Source: an uncultured Candidatus Saccharibacteria bacterium
Lineage (GTDB): Bacteria > Patescibacteriota > Minisyncoccia > UBA6257 > GWB1-50-10
NCBI GenBank assembly: GCA_964565515.1
Contig: CAZMFA010000001.1
Coordinates: 1-60,048, forward strand
DNA: 60,048 nt
Reading direction: 5' to 3'
In this document: one piece after another, positions 33,727 through 43,505 of the stretch
How the letters are laid out: every line of letters starts with the position of its first letter
How positions within the stretch are numbered: the stretch's first letter is position 1
Translations under genes and position numbers: made by a program
Notes under the pieces: model-generated
The model's input: only the letters and a program-made list of their open reading frames with translations
Told to the model about the DNA's origin: nothing
Databases searched by the model: none

Positions 33727-35004
33727 ATGAAGTCCTCTCTTTTTAAAAAGGTAAAGAACATCGGCAGCAAAGTGGGGCCGGGGATCATAACCGGCGCAGC
33801 CGATGACGACCCGTCGGGGATTTTAACGTACCTCCAGTCGGGGTTTTTGTACGGCTTCAAGATATTGTGGCTTGCGTTCCTTGCGTTGCCGTTCATGATC
33901 TCGGTTCAAGAAATGGCGGGCCGCATCGGGTATGTTACGGACCACGGCCTCGTGCGCGTCGTGAAGGATTACTATTCGAAGATTCTCCTCTACTTCATTG
34001 CCGTCATCTCCGTCATCGTGATAACTATGAATATCGGCGCAGATCTTCTTGCCGTGGGGACGGTCCTCGAAACGCTCGTGCCCTTGGGCGTCGCGCTGTG
34101 GGTTCTTATTGCCGCACTTGCGATCCTCTTTTTTACGGTTTTCCTTTCCTATCCCCGATTTGCAAGCGTTTTGAAGTGGCTCACGTTGTCGCTTTTCTTC
34201 TATGTCGCGACGGTGTTTTTTGTCCACATCGATTGGGGAAGCGTCTTTCGGGCGACGCTTGTTCCCGTTTTTCTGCCGGACAAGGATTTCATCATGCTTG
34301 TCGCCGCCTTTTTCGGCACGACCATTTCGCCGTACTTGTTTTTTTGGCAGGCAGACGAGGAAGTGGAAGATCGGGACGAAGAAAAGAAGGAAAGGAAATT
34401 GAAGCGGTTCCTCGTCACGAAAAACGAATTGAAACACTTGCGGCGCGATACGGCACTCGGCATGGTTTTTTCGGAATTGATTACATGGTTCATCCTCGTT
34501 TCGGCGGGAGGATTGGCGGCCGCAAAAGGTTCCGCGGTCATCGCGACATTCAAGCAAGCGTCGAGTGTCTTGCGGCCGCTTCTCGGCCCCTACGCATTCG
34601 TCATCTTCAGTATCGGAATTATCGGCACGGGGCTCTTGGCCATTCCGGTCCTTGCGGGGAGTATCGGCTATATGCTTGCCGAGATATTCGATTGGCGGGA
34701 AGGGATGAATAAAACGTGGCGGGAAGCGAAAAGTTTCTATTTGGTGATCGCCTTGTCGACGCTTGCGGGCGTTTGTATGACAGCGCTCAAGATCGATCCT
34801 ATTGCCGCCTTGATCTATACGGCGGTATTCTACACGATCATCACGCCGCCGATCGTTCTGGTCATCCTCCGGATCGCGAACAATCGTTCGATTATGCGTG
34901 AAAAGACGAACGGAATCGTAGCAAACGTCTTTGGGGGACTTACTTTCGTGTTCGCTTTGGCGGTTGCCGTTGCCTATCTCGCGAGCGTACTGGGCTGGAT
35001 ATAG
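33727..35004 (+). CDS. NRAMP-family divalent metal transporter
   Basis: GPGIITGAADDDPSGI N-terminal motif and about 11 TM segments. Confidence 0.8.
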   Translation: MKSSLFKKVKNIGSKVGPGIITGAADDDPSGILTYLQSGFLYGFKILWLAFLALPFMISVQEMAGRIGYVTDHGLVRVVKDYYSKILLYFIAVISVIVITMNIGADLLAVGTVLETLVPLGVALWVLIAALAILFFTVFLSYPRFASVLKWLTLSLFFYVATVFFVHIDWGSVFRATLVPVFLPDKDFIMLVAAFFGTTISPYLFFWQADEEVEDRDEEKKERKLKRFLVTKNELKHLRRDTALGMVFSELITWFILVSAGGLAAAKGSAVIATFKQASSVLRPLLGPYAFVIFSIGIIGTGLLAIPVLAGSIGYMLAEIFDWREGMNKTWREAKSFYLVIALSTLAGVCMTALKIDPIAALIYTAVFYTIITPPIVLVILRIANNRSIMREKTNGIVANVFGGLTFVFALAVAVAYLASVLGWI

Positions 35005-35020
35005 AGCGAGAATCAACCGG

Positions 35021-35052
35021 AAATAAAAACCCCCTCCGATTGGCGGAAGGGG
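35021..35052 (-). terminator. Intrinsic terminator of the 35082..35417 gene
   Basis: Hairpin CCCCTTCCG-ccaat-CGGAGGGGG on the minus strand, followed by TTTTTATTT. Confidence 0.7.
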
Positions 35053-35081
35053 TCAGGAGATGAGTGATAGGATGGGCATGG

Positions 35082-35417
35082 CTATAGCTTGCTTCTCGGC
35101 AGATAGACCACGGCCCGAGTCGGTGGAGCGGAAATAGCTTCGCGATTTTCTTTTCCGTAGGTTCGAACTCCGAGAGCATCCTTAAGGCTCGCGAGTGTGT
35201 GAGGTCCGTGATTTGCGGGGACTCTTATGTCGGGAGTCGCCATCACGAGGTATGCTTTCGCATTACTCGTCGCCGTGAGCATTATGCCCGATGATGTCGA
35301 GTTGAACGTGAAGCCGACGCGTGAGGATGCCGGCGCCGATATTCCAGCGAATGCAAGAGAAGAGCTGAACACCACTCCCGCAATCAAAGTGCCGGTCCCG
35401 AGAAGTTTTTTTGTCAT
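35082..35417 (-). CDS. Small secreted hypothetical protein
   Basis: Signal peptide MTKKLLGTGTLIAGVVFSSSLAFA; own terminator. The start is trimmed from ORF 35082..35489. Confidence 0.5.
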   Translation of the reverse strand: MTKKLLGTGTLIAGVVFSSSLAFAGISAPASSRVGFTFNSTSSGIMLTATSNAKAYLVMATPDIRVPANHGPHTLASLKDALGVRTYGKENREAISAPPTRAVVYLPRSKL

Positions 35418-35519
35418 GGTCGTTGTTTTTTTTTTCGGCCTTTTGACGACGCCATGGCGACGTCTGTAAGAGGATACGCTTGCCCGCATTTAATGTTACA
35501 ATGTAGTATATTCTTAACT

Positions 35520-36857
35520 ATGACACACAAGCTAAAACCGCAATTGTCTTCCGGATTCAAGGATTATCTTCCCGAAGAGGAGAGGAAAAGGAACAAGATG
35601 CTCGATACCATAAAGAGGAACTTCGAGCTCTTCGGGTTCGTGCCGCTCGATACGCCGGGAATTGAAGAAGAGCGGATGCTGACGGGCGGGGATCCGGAGT
35701 TCAAGAAGCAAATATTCAAGATCAAGGAAAGCGACAAGAGCGAGAGCCTTGCGCTCAGATTCGACCTCACGGTCCCTCTGGCGCGGGTCGTCTCGATGTA
35801 TCCGAATGAAATAACCTTCCCTTTCAAGCGGTATCAAGTCGGCAAGGTATGGCGGGGAGAACGAGCGCAAGCAGGCCGATTCCGGGAATTTTTACAGTTT
35901 GATGCGGATATCGTGGGGTCGGGGAGCCTTTTGGCGGATGCGGAAATCGTGGCGCTCATGAATCAGGTCATGGTATCCCTCGGATTCCAAAATTTCCTGG
36001 TGAAGATCAATAATCGCAAAGTTCTCGGCGGATTGCCGAAGTATGCCGGGTTTCCGAAGGGGAAACTGGATGCCGTCCTCCGCGCCGCGGATAAGTGGGA
36101 TAAGGTCGGCGCGAGGGGCGTCCTCGGGGAGCTTACTTCGAAGACCGCCGCCCTCTCGAAGGAGGAAGCGCGCCGCGTCATGGATTTTTTCAGCATCAAA
36201 GCATCGAGCAATCGCGAGCTTTTGAAATCAGCGCGTACGCTTATGTCGACTGATGATGCGGAAGCGGGATTCGCCGAAATGGAAGCGTTGATCGATCACC
36301 TTGCTTCCTTGGGGGTTCCGGAAGATAAATGGACATTCGATTTCGCGACGGTGAGGGGTCTTGCCTACTACACCGGTTTCGTTTTTGAAACGATTTTGAC
36401 CGATTTGCCGGAAGTGGGAAGCGTCTTTTCGGGAGGGCGGTACGACAATCTCATCGAGCATTTGGGCGGCGGGAAGCTCCCGGCGGTCGGCGTCTCGGTT
36501 GGCGTCGATCGGATGCTTTACGCAATGGAAAAGCTCGAAGTTTCTTTCGGCGGCGGAGGAAATGTGCGGACGATCGTACTGCATTTCGATGAAGGGGCGG
36601 TCGCTTTGGCGGCGCGGGCGGTTTACGAGCTCCGCAAGAACGGAATTCCTTCCGAAATTTACCTTGGAAGGGAAAAAACATTGAAGGGGCAACTCGCGTT
36701 CGCGGTGAAGAATAACTATGCCGTCGCGGTCTTGGTTGGCGATCGGGAAGCTTCAACGGGCACCGCGACGATCAAGGATCTCAAGTCATACCAGCAGACC
36801 GAAGTTGCCATCGAACGTTTGGCTTCGTCGGTCGGGAAGATTTTGGGCGGACGATAG
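35520..36857 (+). CDS. hisS: Histidyl-tRNA synthetase (intact motifs)
   Basis: GFKDYLPEE, motif 2 WRGERAQAGRFREFLQFDADIVG, RGLAYYTGFVFE, GGRYDNL, and an anticodon-binding domain. Start at ATG 35520, 7 nt after TATATT. Confidence 0.9.
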   Translation: MTHKLKPQLSSGFKDYLPEEERKRNKMLDTIKRNFELFGFVPLDTPGIEEERMLTGGDPEFKKQIFKIKESDKSESLALRFDLTVPLARVVSMYPNEITFPFKRYQVGKVWRGERAQAGRFREFLQFDADIVGSGSLLADAEIVALMNQVMVSLGFQNFLVKINNRKVLGGLPKYAGFPKGKLDAVLRAADKWDKVGARGVLGELTSKTAALSKEEARRVMDFFSIKASSNRELLKSARTLMSTDDAEAGFAEMEALIDHLASLGVPEDKWTFDFATVRGLAYYTGFVFETILTDLPEVGSVFSGGRYDNLIEHLGGGKLPAVGVSVGVDRMLYAMEKLEVSFGGGGNVRTIVLHFDEGAVALAARAVYELRKNGIPSEIYLGREKTLKGQLAFAVKNNYAVAVLVGDREASTGTATIKDLKSYQQTEVAIERLASSVGKILGGR

Positions 36858-36862
36858 TCTCC

Positions 36863-37504
36863 ATGGAAAAGAAAGAAGCATTATCCGAGATACGAAAGGA
36901 ACTCGAAGAAAACGAATCGATGCCTCTCTGTGAGTCGAATTTGGTTTTCGGCGAAGGAAGTCCGGATGCCGCGATCATGTTCATCGGCGAAGCACCCGGA
37001 TTTTATGAAGACAAAGAAAAGAGGCCGTTTGTCGGCCGGGCCGGAAAGCTGCTCGATCGGCTGATCGGCGATATCGGCATGCGGCGCCCGGACGTTTATA
37101 TTACGAACATCGTGAAGCGGCGGCCTCCGGAAAACCGCGACCCGTTTCCCGAAGAACTTTCGGCGTACCGGCCGTATTTGACGAGGGAGATCGATGCCGT
37201 CGACCCCAAGATCATCGCGACCTTGGGGAGATTTTCCATGAATTATTTCCTGCCGGACGGAAAAATTTCGCGGGATCAAGGGAAGGTCTTTTGGTGGGGG
37301 GGGAAAATCCTCGTTCCGCTTTATCATCCGGCAGCGGCGCTCCGATCGACGTCCGTTTTAGGCGACCTCGAGAAGAGTTTTAAAACTTTGAAAGCGGTCG
37401 TTTTGAAATACGACGAACTTTTGCGGCAAAAGAAGGAAAAGCCGGAACCTTCCTCGGCGAAGGCCTCGGAAGATGACAAGGAGGAACAAGCCTCGCTTTT
37501 TTGA
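36863..37504 (+). CDS. Uracil-DNA glycosylase, family 4 type
   Basis: FIGEAPGFYEDKEKRPFVGRAGKLL and LYHPAAALR motifs. Confidence 0.85.
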   Translation: MEKKEALSEIRKELEENESMPLCESNLVFGEGSPDAAIMFIGEAPGFYEDKEKRPFVGRAGKLLDRLIGDIGMRRPDVYITNIVKRRPPENRDPFPEELSAYRPYLTREIDAVDPKIIATLGRFSMNYFLPDGKISRDQGKVFWWGGKILVPLYHPAAALRSTSVLGDLEKSFKTLKAVVLKYDELLRQKKEKPEPSSAKASEDDKEEQASLF

Positions 37505-37538
37505 CCTTTGCCGACTCTTAGTTATCCCCAGATTTAAA

Positions 37539-37590
37539 GGCCCCCCGCTCTCCTCGAATTTTTGAAGGAGGGCGGGGGGCCAAAGTTTTG
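37539..37590 (+). terminator. Very stable 16-bp GC hairpin after the UDG gene
   Basis: GGCCCCCCGCTCTCCT-loop-AGGAGGGCGGGGGGCC followed by AAAGTTTT (weak U-tract). Confidence 0.55.
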
Positions 37591-37600
37591 GGGGAGGGGG

Positions 37601-37606
37601 TATAAT
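37601..37606 (+). promoter_or_regulatory. -10 box TATAAT, 6 nt before ATG 37613
   Basis: If the 70-bp element is removed, the same box sits 6 nt before the DUF763 start codon. Confidence 0.5.
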
Positions 37607-37616
37607 GGAGGGATGA

Positions 37617-37686
37617 ATCCCGTTAAAAACCGCAAACTTATGAAAGAGATAATCACCCATGAAAAAGGCGTTTTGTTTCTAACGGG
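37617..37686. mobile_element. Copy B (short, 70 bp) of the TIR element family, flanked by ATGA on both sides
   Basis: ATGA|ATCCCGTTAAAAACCGC...GGCGTTTTGTTTCTAACGGG|ATGA. The right end abuts the DUF763 start codon. Confidence 0.6.
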
Positions 37687-38874
37687 ATGAAGCGCGGCAT
37701 TGCCACATTCACACTCGACGAAGGAAAATGCCCTCCGTGGCTTTTTGAACGCATGGTGAAACTCGGCAGGGATATGATAAAGATCCTCATCGCCGAGTAT
37801 GGACCGGACGAATTCGTGCGGCGCATGGCGGACCCGGTATGGTTTCAGTCCTTAGGCACGGTTCTCGCGTTCGATTGGAACGCGTCCGGCCTCACGACGA
37901 TCTTGACCGCGGCCCTCAAGGAAGCGATCCGCCACGAGGAATGGGAACTCGGGGTATTCATTTGCGGCGGGAAGGGCAAGACCTCGCGGCAAACGCCCGA
38001 CGAGATTCTCCGATGGGGGGAAAAGATCGGCATGAGCGACAAAAAAACCAATGCTTTGGTTTACAACTCGAAGATGAGCGCGAAAGTGGACAGCGCGCTG
38101 GTCCAGGACGGCTTCCAGATCTATCACCACAGCTTCATGTTTTCGCGGAACGGCGCTTGGACCGTCGTCCAGCAGGGGATGAACACGGAAAACCAGACCG
38201 CGCGGCGGTATCACTGGTTTTCAGAAAACGTCCACGATCTGGTGTGCGAGCCGCATTCCGGCATAGCTTCCAAAAAATTCGACAAGGACGTCTTGAATAT
38301 GGTTGCGAAGCAGAGCGGCGGAAGCCGTAATATGTCGGTGGAGCTGGTCAATGCCAATTACAATACCCTCATGAAAGACGTGACGATTCTCCGAAAACAT
38401 TTCTCCCGGTATTCCAACATGATCGCTCTCGGCAACGGCAAGGAACAGCTGACGCTTCTCGATCTCGACCGGGGAGAGTTCAACTATCATCCGATGATCC
38501 ATGAGAATTTCACGATGAATAAATATTTGGATAAAGTTTTGCAGGAAGTTTCCTTTCAAAAGCCGGAGAATTACGAAAAGCTGGTCTCCTTGAAAGGCGT
38601 CGGGCCGAAAACGGTTCGGGCCTTGGCTTTGGTCGGTGAAGTCATTTACGGCGTGAAGCCGTCGTATGAAGACCCGGCGCGGTACAGTTTCGCGCACGGC
38701 GGGAAGGACGGTACGCCGTACCCCGTCGATGTCAAGACCTATGACGAGACGATCGCGATCTTGAAGCAAGCGGTCTCAAAGACCCGTTGGAATCAGAGTG
38801 AAAAGAAGAAGGCGGCAAATAAACTCGAAAATAATCAGGATTACCCCTCGAAGTGGGGAACGATGAGCTTTTGA
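37687..38874 (+). CDS. DUF763 family protein (contains a helix-hairpin-helix-like GVGPKTVRALAL segment)
   Basis: N-terminus GKCPPWLFERM...DPVWFQSLGTVLAFDWNASGLTT matches my recollection of DUF763. Confidence 0.65.
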   Translation: MKRGIATFTLDEGKCPPWLFERMVKLGRDMIKILIAEYGPDEFVRRMADPVWFQSLGTVLAFDWNASGLTTILTAALKEAIRHEEWELGVFICGGKGKTSRQTPDEILRWGEKIGMSDKKTNALVYNSKMSAKVDSALVQDGFQIYHHSFMFSRNGAWTVVQQGMNTENQTARRYHWFSENVHDLVCEPHSGIASKKFDKDVLNMVAKQSGGSRNMSVELVNANYNTLMKDVTILRKHFSRYSNMIALGNGKEQLTLLDLDRGEFNYHPMIHENFTMNKYLDKVLQEVSFQKPENYEKLVSLKGVGPKTVRALALVGEVIYGVKPSYEDPARYSFAHGGKDGTPYPVDVKTYDETIAILKQAVSKTRWNQSEKKKAANKLENNQDYPSKWGTMSF

Positions 38875-41204
38875 TCCACGATCTTCACCATCTCGGTCGC
38901 CTGCATCCAGACGAAGCACCAAATCCAAACGCCCACGACGTAAAGGAGAGGAATGCCGTTCATGAAAATGCCGATCCAAGCCATGAGGCTTGCGGCAACC
39001 TGCGTCAAGCTCGTCGCCCAAATGACTTGGGCACTCGGAAGGAACTTGTACCAGCGCTCTTTCGTGTGGGCGACATAAATCAGCATGTGGCCGGAAATCA
39101 TGAGCTTCAAAAAGAAGACCGTTTGAATGATCGCCCAGTCGAGATGAAAGAGGCCCTTCATGAGGAAAAAGAGGATCAAGCTGTTGAAGACTCCCGTGAG
39201 GCCGTAAAGTGATCCGAGCGTGAACCGCTCGGCAATTTTGATCTTTGCGGGCCGGCTGAAATTTTTGACCCGGTTGAATGCCAAAGAAATGATCGGAATA
39301 TCGTTCATAAGAGCGATTAAAATCAATTGAACCGGTGTCAGGGGATAGGTTTCGTAAATGAGTCCTAAAACGACGACCGTGATGATAAGCCGGAAGCTTT
39401 CCGAAATGCGGTAAATGGAATAACTGTAAAGGCGCGAGAAAATTTTCCGCGCTTCGATGAGCGCGTCCTTAATGACAGTAATGCCCTGCGAGAGGAGAAC
39501 GATGTCCGCGGCGCTCTTCAAAGCGTCGACGGCATTTTTGACGGCAATGCCGACATTCGCTTCCTTTATGGCGCCGAGATCATTCACGCCATCGCCGGTC
39601 ATCGCGACGATGTAGCCGTTTTTTTGGGCGAGTTTTGCAAGATTGAATTTGTCTTCGGGGAGTATTTGGGAGAAGGCGCCGATGCCGTCGAAGTAATCCT
39701 TGTCGGTCGAACTCCAATCGACGTCGTCGCGGGTCATGACGCGCCCGTCGAGCGAAAGTTCGGCAGCCGTCCTCCGACTGATGGCCATATTATCGCCCGT
39801 GAGCATTTTGACGCCGATGCCGTTTTCCCGCAGGAATCCGATGACATCCTTTGCGTCGAGGACGAGGGGATCGGAAAGCATAAGGATGCCGATGAGCTGC
39901 ATATCCCTTTCTTCGGTGCCGTCTTCGCGGATTGCAACGCCTAAAACCCGGTAGCCGTCATCGGCAGCTTTTTGAACGTCGGTTTCGTATTGCGATTTCA
40001 ACTCGCCATCCATGGTGCAGAGCCCTTCGATCACTTGCGGGGCGCCCACCGAAACGACCGTTTTCACGTTCTTGAACGAAGCAACGGCGGTCGATCGTTT
40101 TCGTTCCGAATCGGCCGGGGTGAGCTCGATGACGGAAAAATCGCGCGCGAGACCCATCGTTCCAGCCTTTTTGTTCACGGCGTTGTCGATGGAACTTTTC
40201 GTATCTTCCGGCGCTGCTGCGGAAGCGTAGTAGACGACATCCTCTTTTTCCCGGCCGCCGTAAGACAGAATGCCCGAGACGGTGATTTGATTGTTCGTCA
40301 AAGTTCCCGTCTTATCGGTCAAGAGCAAGTTGACGTTTGCGAGATCCTCGAGTGCCGAAAGCCGCCGTACGATCGTCTGTTTTTTCGCGAGTTCCAAGGC
40401 ACCGAGGCTGATGATGAGAGTCATAACGGTCGGCAGGCTGATCGGAATACCGGCGATCACCAGGCTCAAGTCGAGGACGACGATGTCGCTCAAGGAGACG
40501 TTTTGGAAAAAGAAGGCGGCAGAAACGATCACGACGCCGAGGAGCGCGATCGCCGTCAAGAACTTCGAAATGGTCAAGATGTCCTTTTCGAGGATGCTCC
40601 GCCGGCTTACCCGTTCGACGAGCGTGATGGTTTTGCCGAAGTTTGTCTTAACGCCCGTTGCCGTGACGGTCATAGTTCCCGACCCGGTCGCGACAAACGA
40701 TCCCGAGTACACCTTATCCTTTACGCCTTTATCTTTCGGCAGCGATTCGCCGGTCAAGACCGCTTCATTGACCGTGAGATTCTTCGCGTCGGACAAATCG
40801 CCGTCGGCAGGAATGATGTCGCCGACCATAAGGGTCACCGAATCTCCCGGAACCAGGAGGCGTGAATTGACCCACGTCCACGTTCCGTCGCGGAGCGTCT
40901 TTACTTGGAATTCCAAACTTTCCTTGAGTTTTTTGATGGCGTTGTCGGCCTTGTTTTCCTGCCAAAAGCCGATCACGAAGTTCAAGATCATGAGAAAGAG
41001 GATGAACCAAAAATCGAAGACCTTCCCGCTCCACAGGGAAAGAAGCGCCGCCGCAAGGAGCATGAGGGCGATGGGCGAGATGAGCCACTTCGCGACTTTC
41101 GCGAAGAAGCCGATCTTTTTTTCGGGTATTTCGTTCGGACCGTACTCCTTCAACCGTTTCTCGACTTCTTCCGACGAAAGACCCCCCAGCGTCAAGGTGT
41201 TCAT
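38841..41204 (-). CDS. P-type cation-transporting ATPase (type IIIA H+/Mg2+-like)
   Basis: TGES, phosphorylation site LTDKTGTLT, MLTGDN, hinge MTGDGVNDLGAIKEANVGIAV. 787 aa. Confidence 0.9.
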   Translation of the reverse strand: MNTLTLGGLSSEEVEKRLKEYGPNEIPEKKIGFFAKVAKWLISPIALMLLAAALLSLWSGKVFDFWFILFLMILNFVIGFWQENKADNAIKKLKESLEFQVKTLRDGTWTWVNSRLLVPGDSVTLMVGDIIPADGDLSDAKNLTVNEAVLTGESLPKDKGVKDKVYSGSFVATGSGTMTVTATGVKTNFGKTITLVERVSRRSILEKDILTISKFLTAIALLGVVIVSAAFFFQNVSLSDIVVLDLSLVIAGIPISLPTVMTLIISLGALELAKKQTIVRRLSALEDLANVNLLLTDKTGTLTNNQITVSGILSYGGREKEDVVYYASAAAPEDTKSSIDNAVNKKAGTMGLARDFSVIELTPADSERKRSTAVASFKNVKTVVSVGAPQVIEGLCTMDGELKSQYETDVQKAADDGYRVLGVAIREDGTEERDMQLIGILMLSDPLVLDAKDVIGFLRENGIGVKMLTGDNMAISRRTAAELSLDGRVMTRDDVDWSSTDKDYFDGIGAFSQILPEDKFNLAKLAQKNGYIVAMTGDGVNDLGAIKEANVGIAVKNAVDALKSAADIVLLSQGITVIKDALIEARKIFSRLYSYSIYRISESFRLIITVVVLGLIYETYPLTPVQLILIALMNDIPIISLAFNRVKNFSRPAKIKIAERFTLGSLYGLTGVFNSLILFFLMKGLFHLDWAIIQTVFFLKLMISGHMLIYVAHTKERWYKFLPSAQVIWATSLTQVAASLMAWIGIFMNGIPLLYVVGVWIWCFVWMQATEMVKIVDQKLIVPHFEG

Positions 41205-41275
41205 ATGTTTCCATTGTAATACTTTTTTCAGCAGCGGAAATATCGTGTATAGTGGTAATAGTGAAAAACGAAATA

Positions 41276-43225
41276 ATGAAAAATTTGAACCGCGAGCAAC
41301 GCGAAGCGGTCGAAACGACAGCAGGGCCCGTCCTCGTGATCGCGGGACCGGGGTCGGGCAAGACGCGGGTCATCGAATACCGTGTCTTGAACCTCATCCG
41401 ATCCGGTATCGACCCGAGAAAAATACTCCTTCTTACTTTCACGAAGCGTGCAGCACGCGAAATGCTCGCGCGGGCCGCTTCCCACGACGAACGGTGTGCG
41501 CTCGTTGAAGGGGGAACCTTTCATTCGTTCGCCTATAAGCTCCTCCGGGTATACGGCAGCGAATTGGGCCTTAAAAAGACGCTTTCCGTTCTCGATGAAG
41601 GAGATGCGGAAGAACTCATCGGAAAGATCCTGAATTCGTTCGATGTAAAAGAGAAGAAAGAAGCATTCCCGAAGAAAGATACCCTGAAGAATATGTTCAG
41701 CCTTTCAGTCAACAAGGGGCTGGATCTTCCGGACGTCGTCGACCGTTACTTTTCACACCTTGCCGATTTCGTGCCGGAGCTGTTATCGATCTTCGAGCGA
41801 TACCGGCTGCGGAAGAAGGAAAGCGGCTATGTCGATTTCGACGACTTACTTCTCTATGCACGGGACCTTTTGATGCTCAAAAAGACCGGGGAAGCGATCG
41901 CTTCGCGGTATGAATACGTCATGGTCGACGAATTCCAAGACACGAATCCCGTCCAAGGCGATTTGACGCACCTCTTGGGAAGGCGGACGGGGAATGTCCT
42001 CGCGGTCGGCGACGATGCACAGAGCATTTACGGCTTCCGGGGCGCTTCGCACAAAAACATCATGGATTTTCCGGAATATTTCCCGGGAACGAAACTCATC
42101 AAGTTAGAGGAGAACTACCGTTCGACGCAGTCGATCCTTGATCTGTCGAACGAGCTTTTGGCGAACATGGCGGACAAATTCAAGAAAGAGCTCGTATCCG
42201 CGAAGGGAAAGACGGGCGAGCGCCCGAAACTCCTCTATTTCGGAAATGTTGCTGACGAGACGGAATGGATCGCGGAAAAAGTCATTGCTCTTGCTTCGGG
42301 AGGCGTGCCCCTGAAGGAACAAGCGGTCCTTTTCCGATCGACGTACGTTTCCATCATGCTCCAAGCGGAACTTTCAAAAATGCGGATCCCGTACAAAGTT
42401 TTCGGCGGACTCCGGTTTTACGAAACGGCGCATGTGAAGGATTTTTTGGCATTCGCGAAAGTGATCGCAAACCACAAAGATGAAATAAGCTGGGGGAGAA
42501 TTTTGAATCTCTTGCCGGGTGTCGGGAAAAAAACAGCGGAAGCGCTTTGGGAAAAGATGGGCGGAGCGGATGACCTTGATCGGGCGCTGCCCGTTCTCGA
42601 AAGAGCGGGGTTCGCCGGCAGGAACGGGGGAGAGGTCTTGAGACTGAAGGAAGCGATCGCCGATGCCTCGCGCCTGAAAACCAACCCCTTCAATCTTTTG
42701 GGGAGAGTCCTGAATTTTTATTTGCCGATCTTCCGTGAAAAATTCGATGACTGGCCGACACGCCTCCAAGATCTCGAGACCATCAAAGATCTTGCGGAGG
42801 AGTACCACGAGCTCGACGCATTCCTTGCTGATCTCTCGATTGACATACCGGAGGGTCGCGACGAAAACGAGGAAGAGTTCTTGACGCTCTCGACGATTCA
42901 TTCGGCAAAGGGCCTCGAGTGGAATACGGTATACCTTTTGGGCGTTTCCGAAGGAACCCTGCCCTCGAAGCGGTCGATGGATTTTGATGAAGATGTCGAA
43001 GAAGAGGGGAGGTTACTCTATGTGGCGGTCACACGGGCCAAGGAGCAGCTTTATTTATTCTTTCACTTGGACGACGGCCGAAGTGCCTACCTCGGAAATC
43101 GGATTTCGCGGTTTTTGGAGCCGGCGAATGTCTTTGGGACGCTTTTTCACGAGGATCTTTCAGGATACGGTTTGAAGGACGAAGCGCGTTATAGTGACGA
43201 GGATGAGGGAATAGAGTTTGAGTAG
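41276..43225 (+). CDS. UvrD/PcrA/Rep-family ATP-dependent DNA helicase
   Basis: LNREQREAV, Walker A AGPGSGKT, VDEFQDTN, GDDAQSIYGFRGA, TIHSAKGLEW, LYVAVTRAK. GTG 41252 overlaps a TATAGT box, so ATG 41276 is preferred. Confidence 0.9.
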   Translation: MKNLNREQREAVETTAGPVLVIAGPGSGKTRVIEYRVLNLIRSGIDPRKILLLTFTKRAAREMLARAASHDERCALVEGGTFHSFAYKLLRVYGSELGLKKTLSVLDEGDAEELIGKILNSFDVKEKKEAFPKKDTLKNMFSLSVNKGLDLPDVVDRYFSHLADFVPELLSIFERYRLRKKESGYVDFDDLLLYARDLLMLKKTGEAIASRYEYVMVDEFQDTNPVQGDLTHLLGRRTGNVLAVGDDAQSIYGFRGASHKNIMDFPEYFPGTKLIKLEENYRSTQSILDLSNELLANMADKFKKELVSAKGKTGERPKLLYFGNVADETEWIAEKVIALASGGVPLKEQAVLFRSTYVSIMLQAELSKMRIPYKVFGGLRFYETAHVKDFLAFAKVIANHKDEISWGRILNLLPGVGKKTAEALWEKMGGADDLDRALPVLERAGFAGRNGGEVLRLKEAIADASRLKTNPFNLLGRVLNFYLPIFREKFDDWPTRLQDLETIKDLAEEYHELDAFLADLSIDIPEGRDENEEEFLTLSTIHSAKGLEWNTVYLLGVSEGTLPSKRSMDFDEDVEEEGRLLYVAVTRAKEQLYLFFHLDDGRSAYLGNRISRFLEPANVFGTLFHEDLSGYGLKDEARYSDEDEGIEFE

Positions 43226-43469
43226 TCCGGAGAAAACGCGTATACCTTTCAGAACCGCGGTTCCCGCGCTCCAGCGGCGCGAGCCCGCTGCTTCTCAGCT
43301 CTCTCGGCTGAACTCTGTCGGAAGAGGTTTCAAGATAACCGAACGAGCCGCATCGCCGAGCCAGCCCCCCGCCGAATGGCGAGTCGGGTGGTGAGGAGCG
43401 TGTAAGTGAAGGATTTTTAATCTCTGGAGACCCGGGTGAAGGAAAGAGGGGTGGGAGCGGAACGGGGTT

Positions 43470-43497
43470 TTGACAAGAAAGAGGGGGCTGGTAAAAT
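43470..43497 (+). promoter_or_regulatory. Promoter TTGACA-N16-TAAAAT, 8 nt before ATG 43506
   Basis: Consensus -35 with good spacing. Confidence 0.65.
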
Positions 43498-43505
43498 AAA
43501 GATGT

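Noticed and set aside
43280-43310. GAGAAGCAGC on the minus strand as another SRP-like signature.
   Set aside because: There is only a short match, and the 5' strand partner and loop architecture do not fit.
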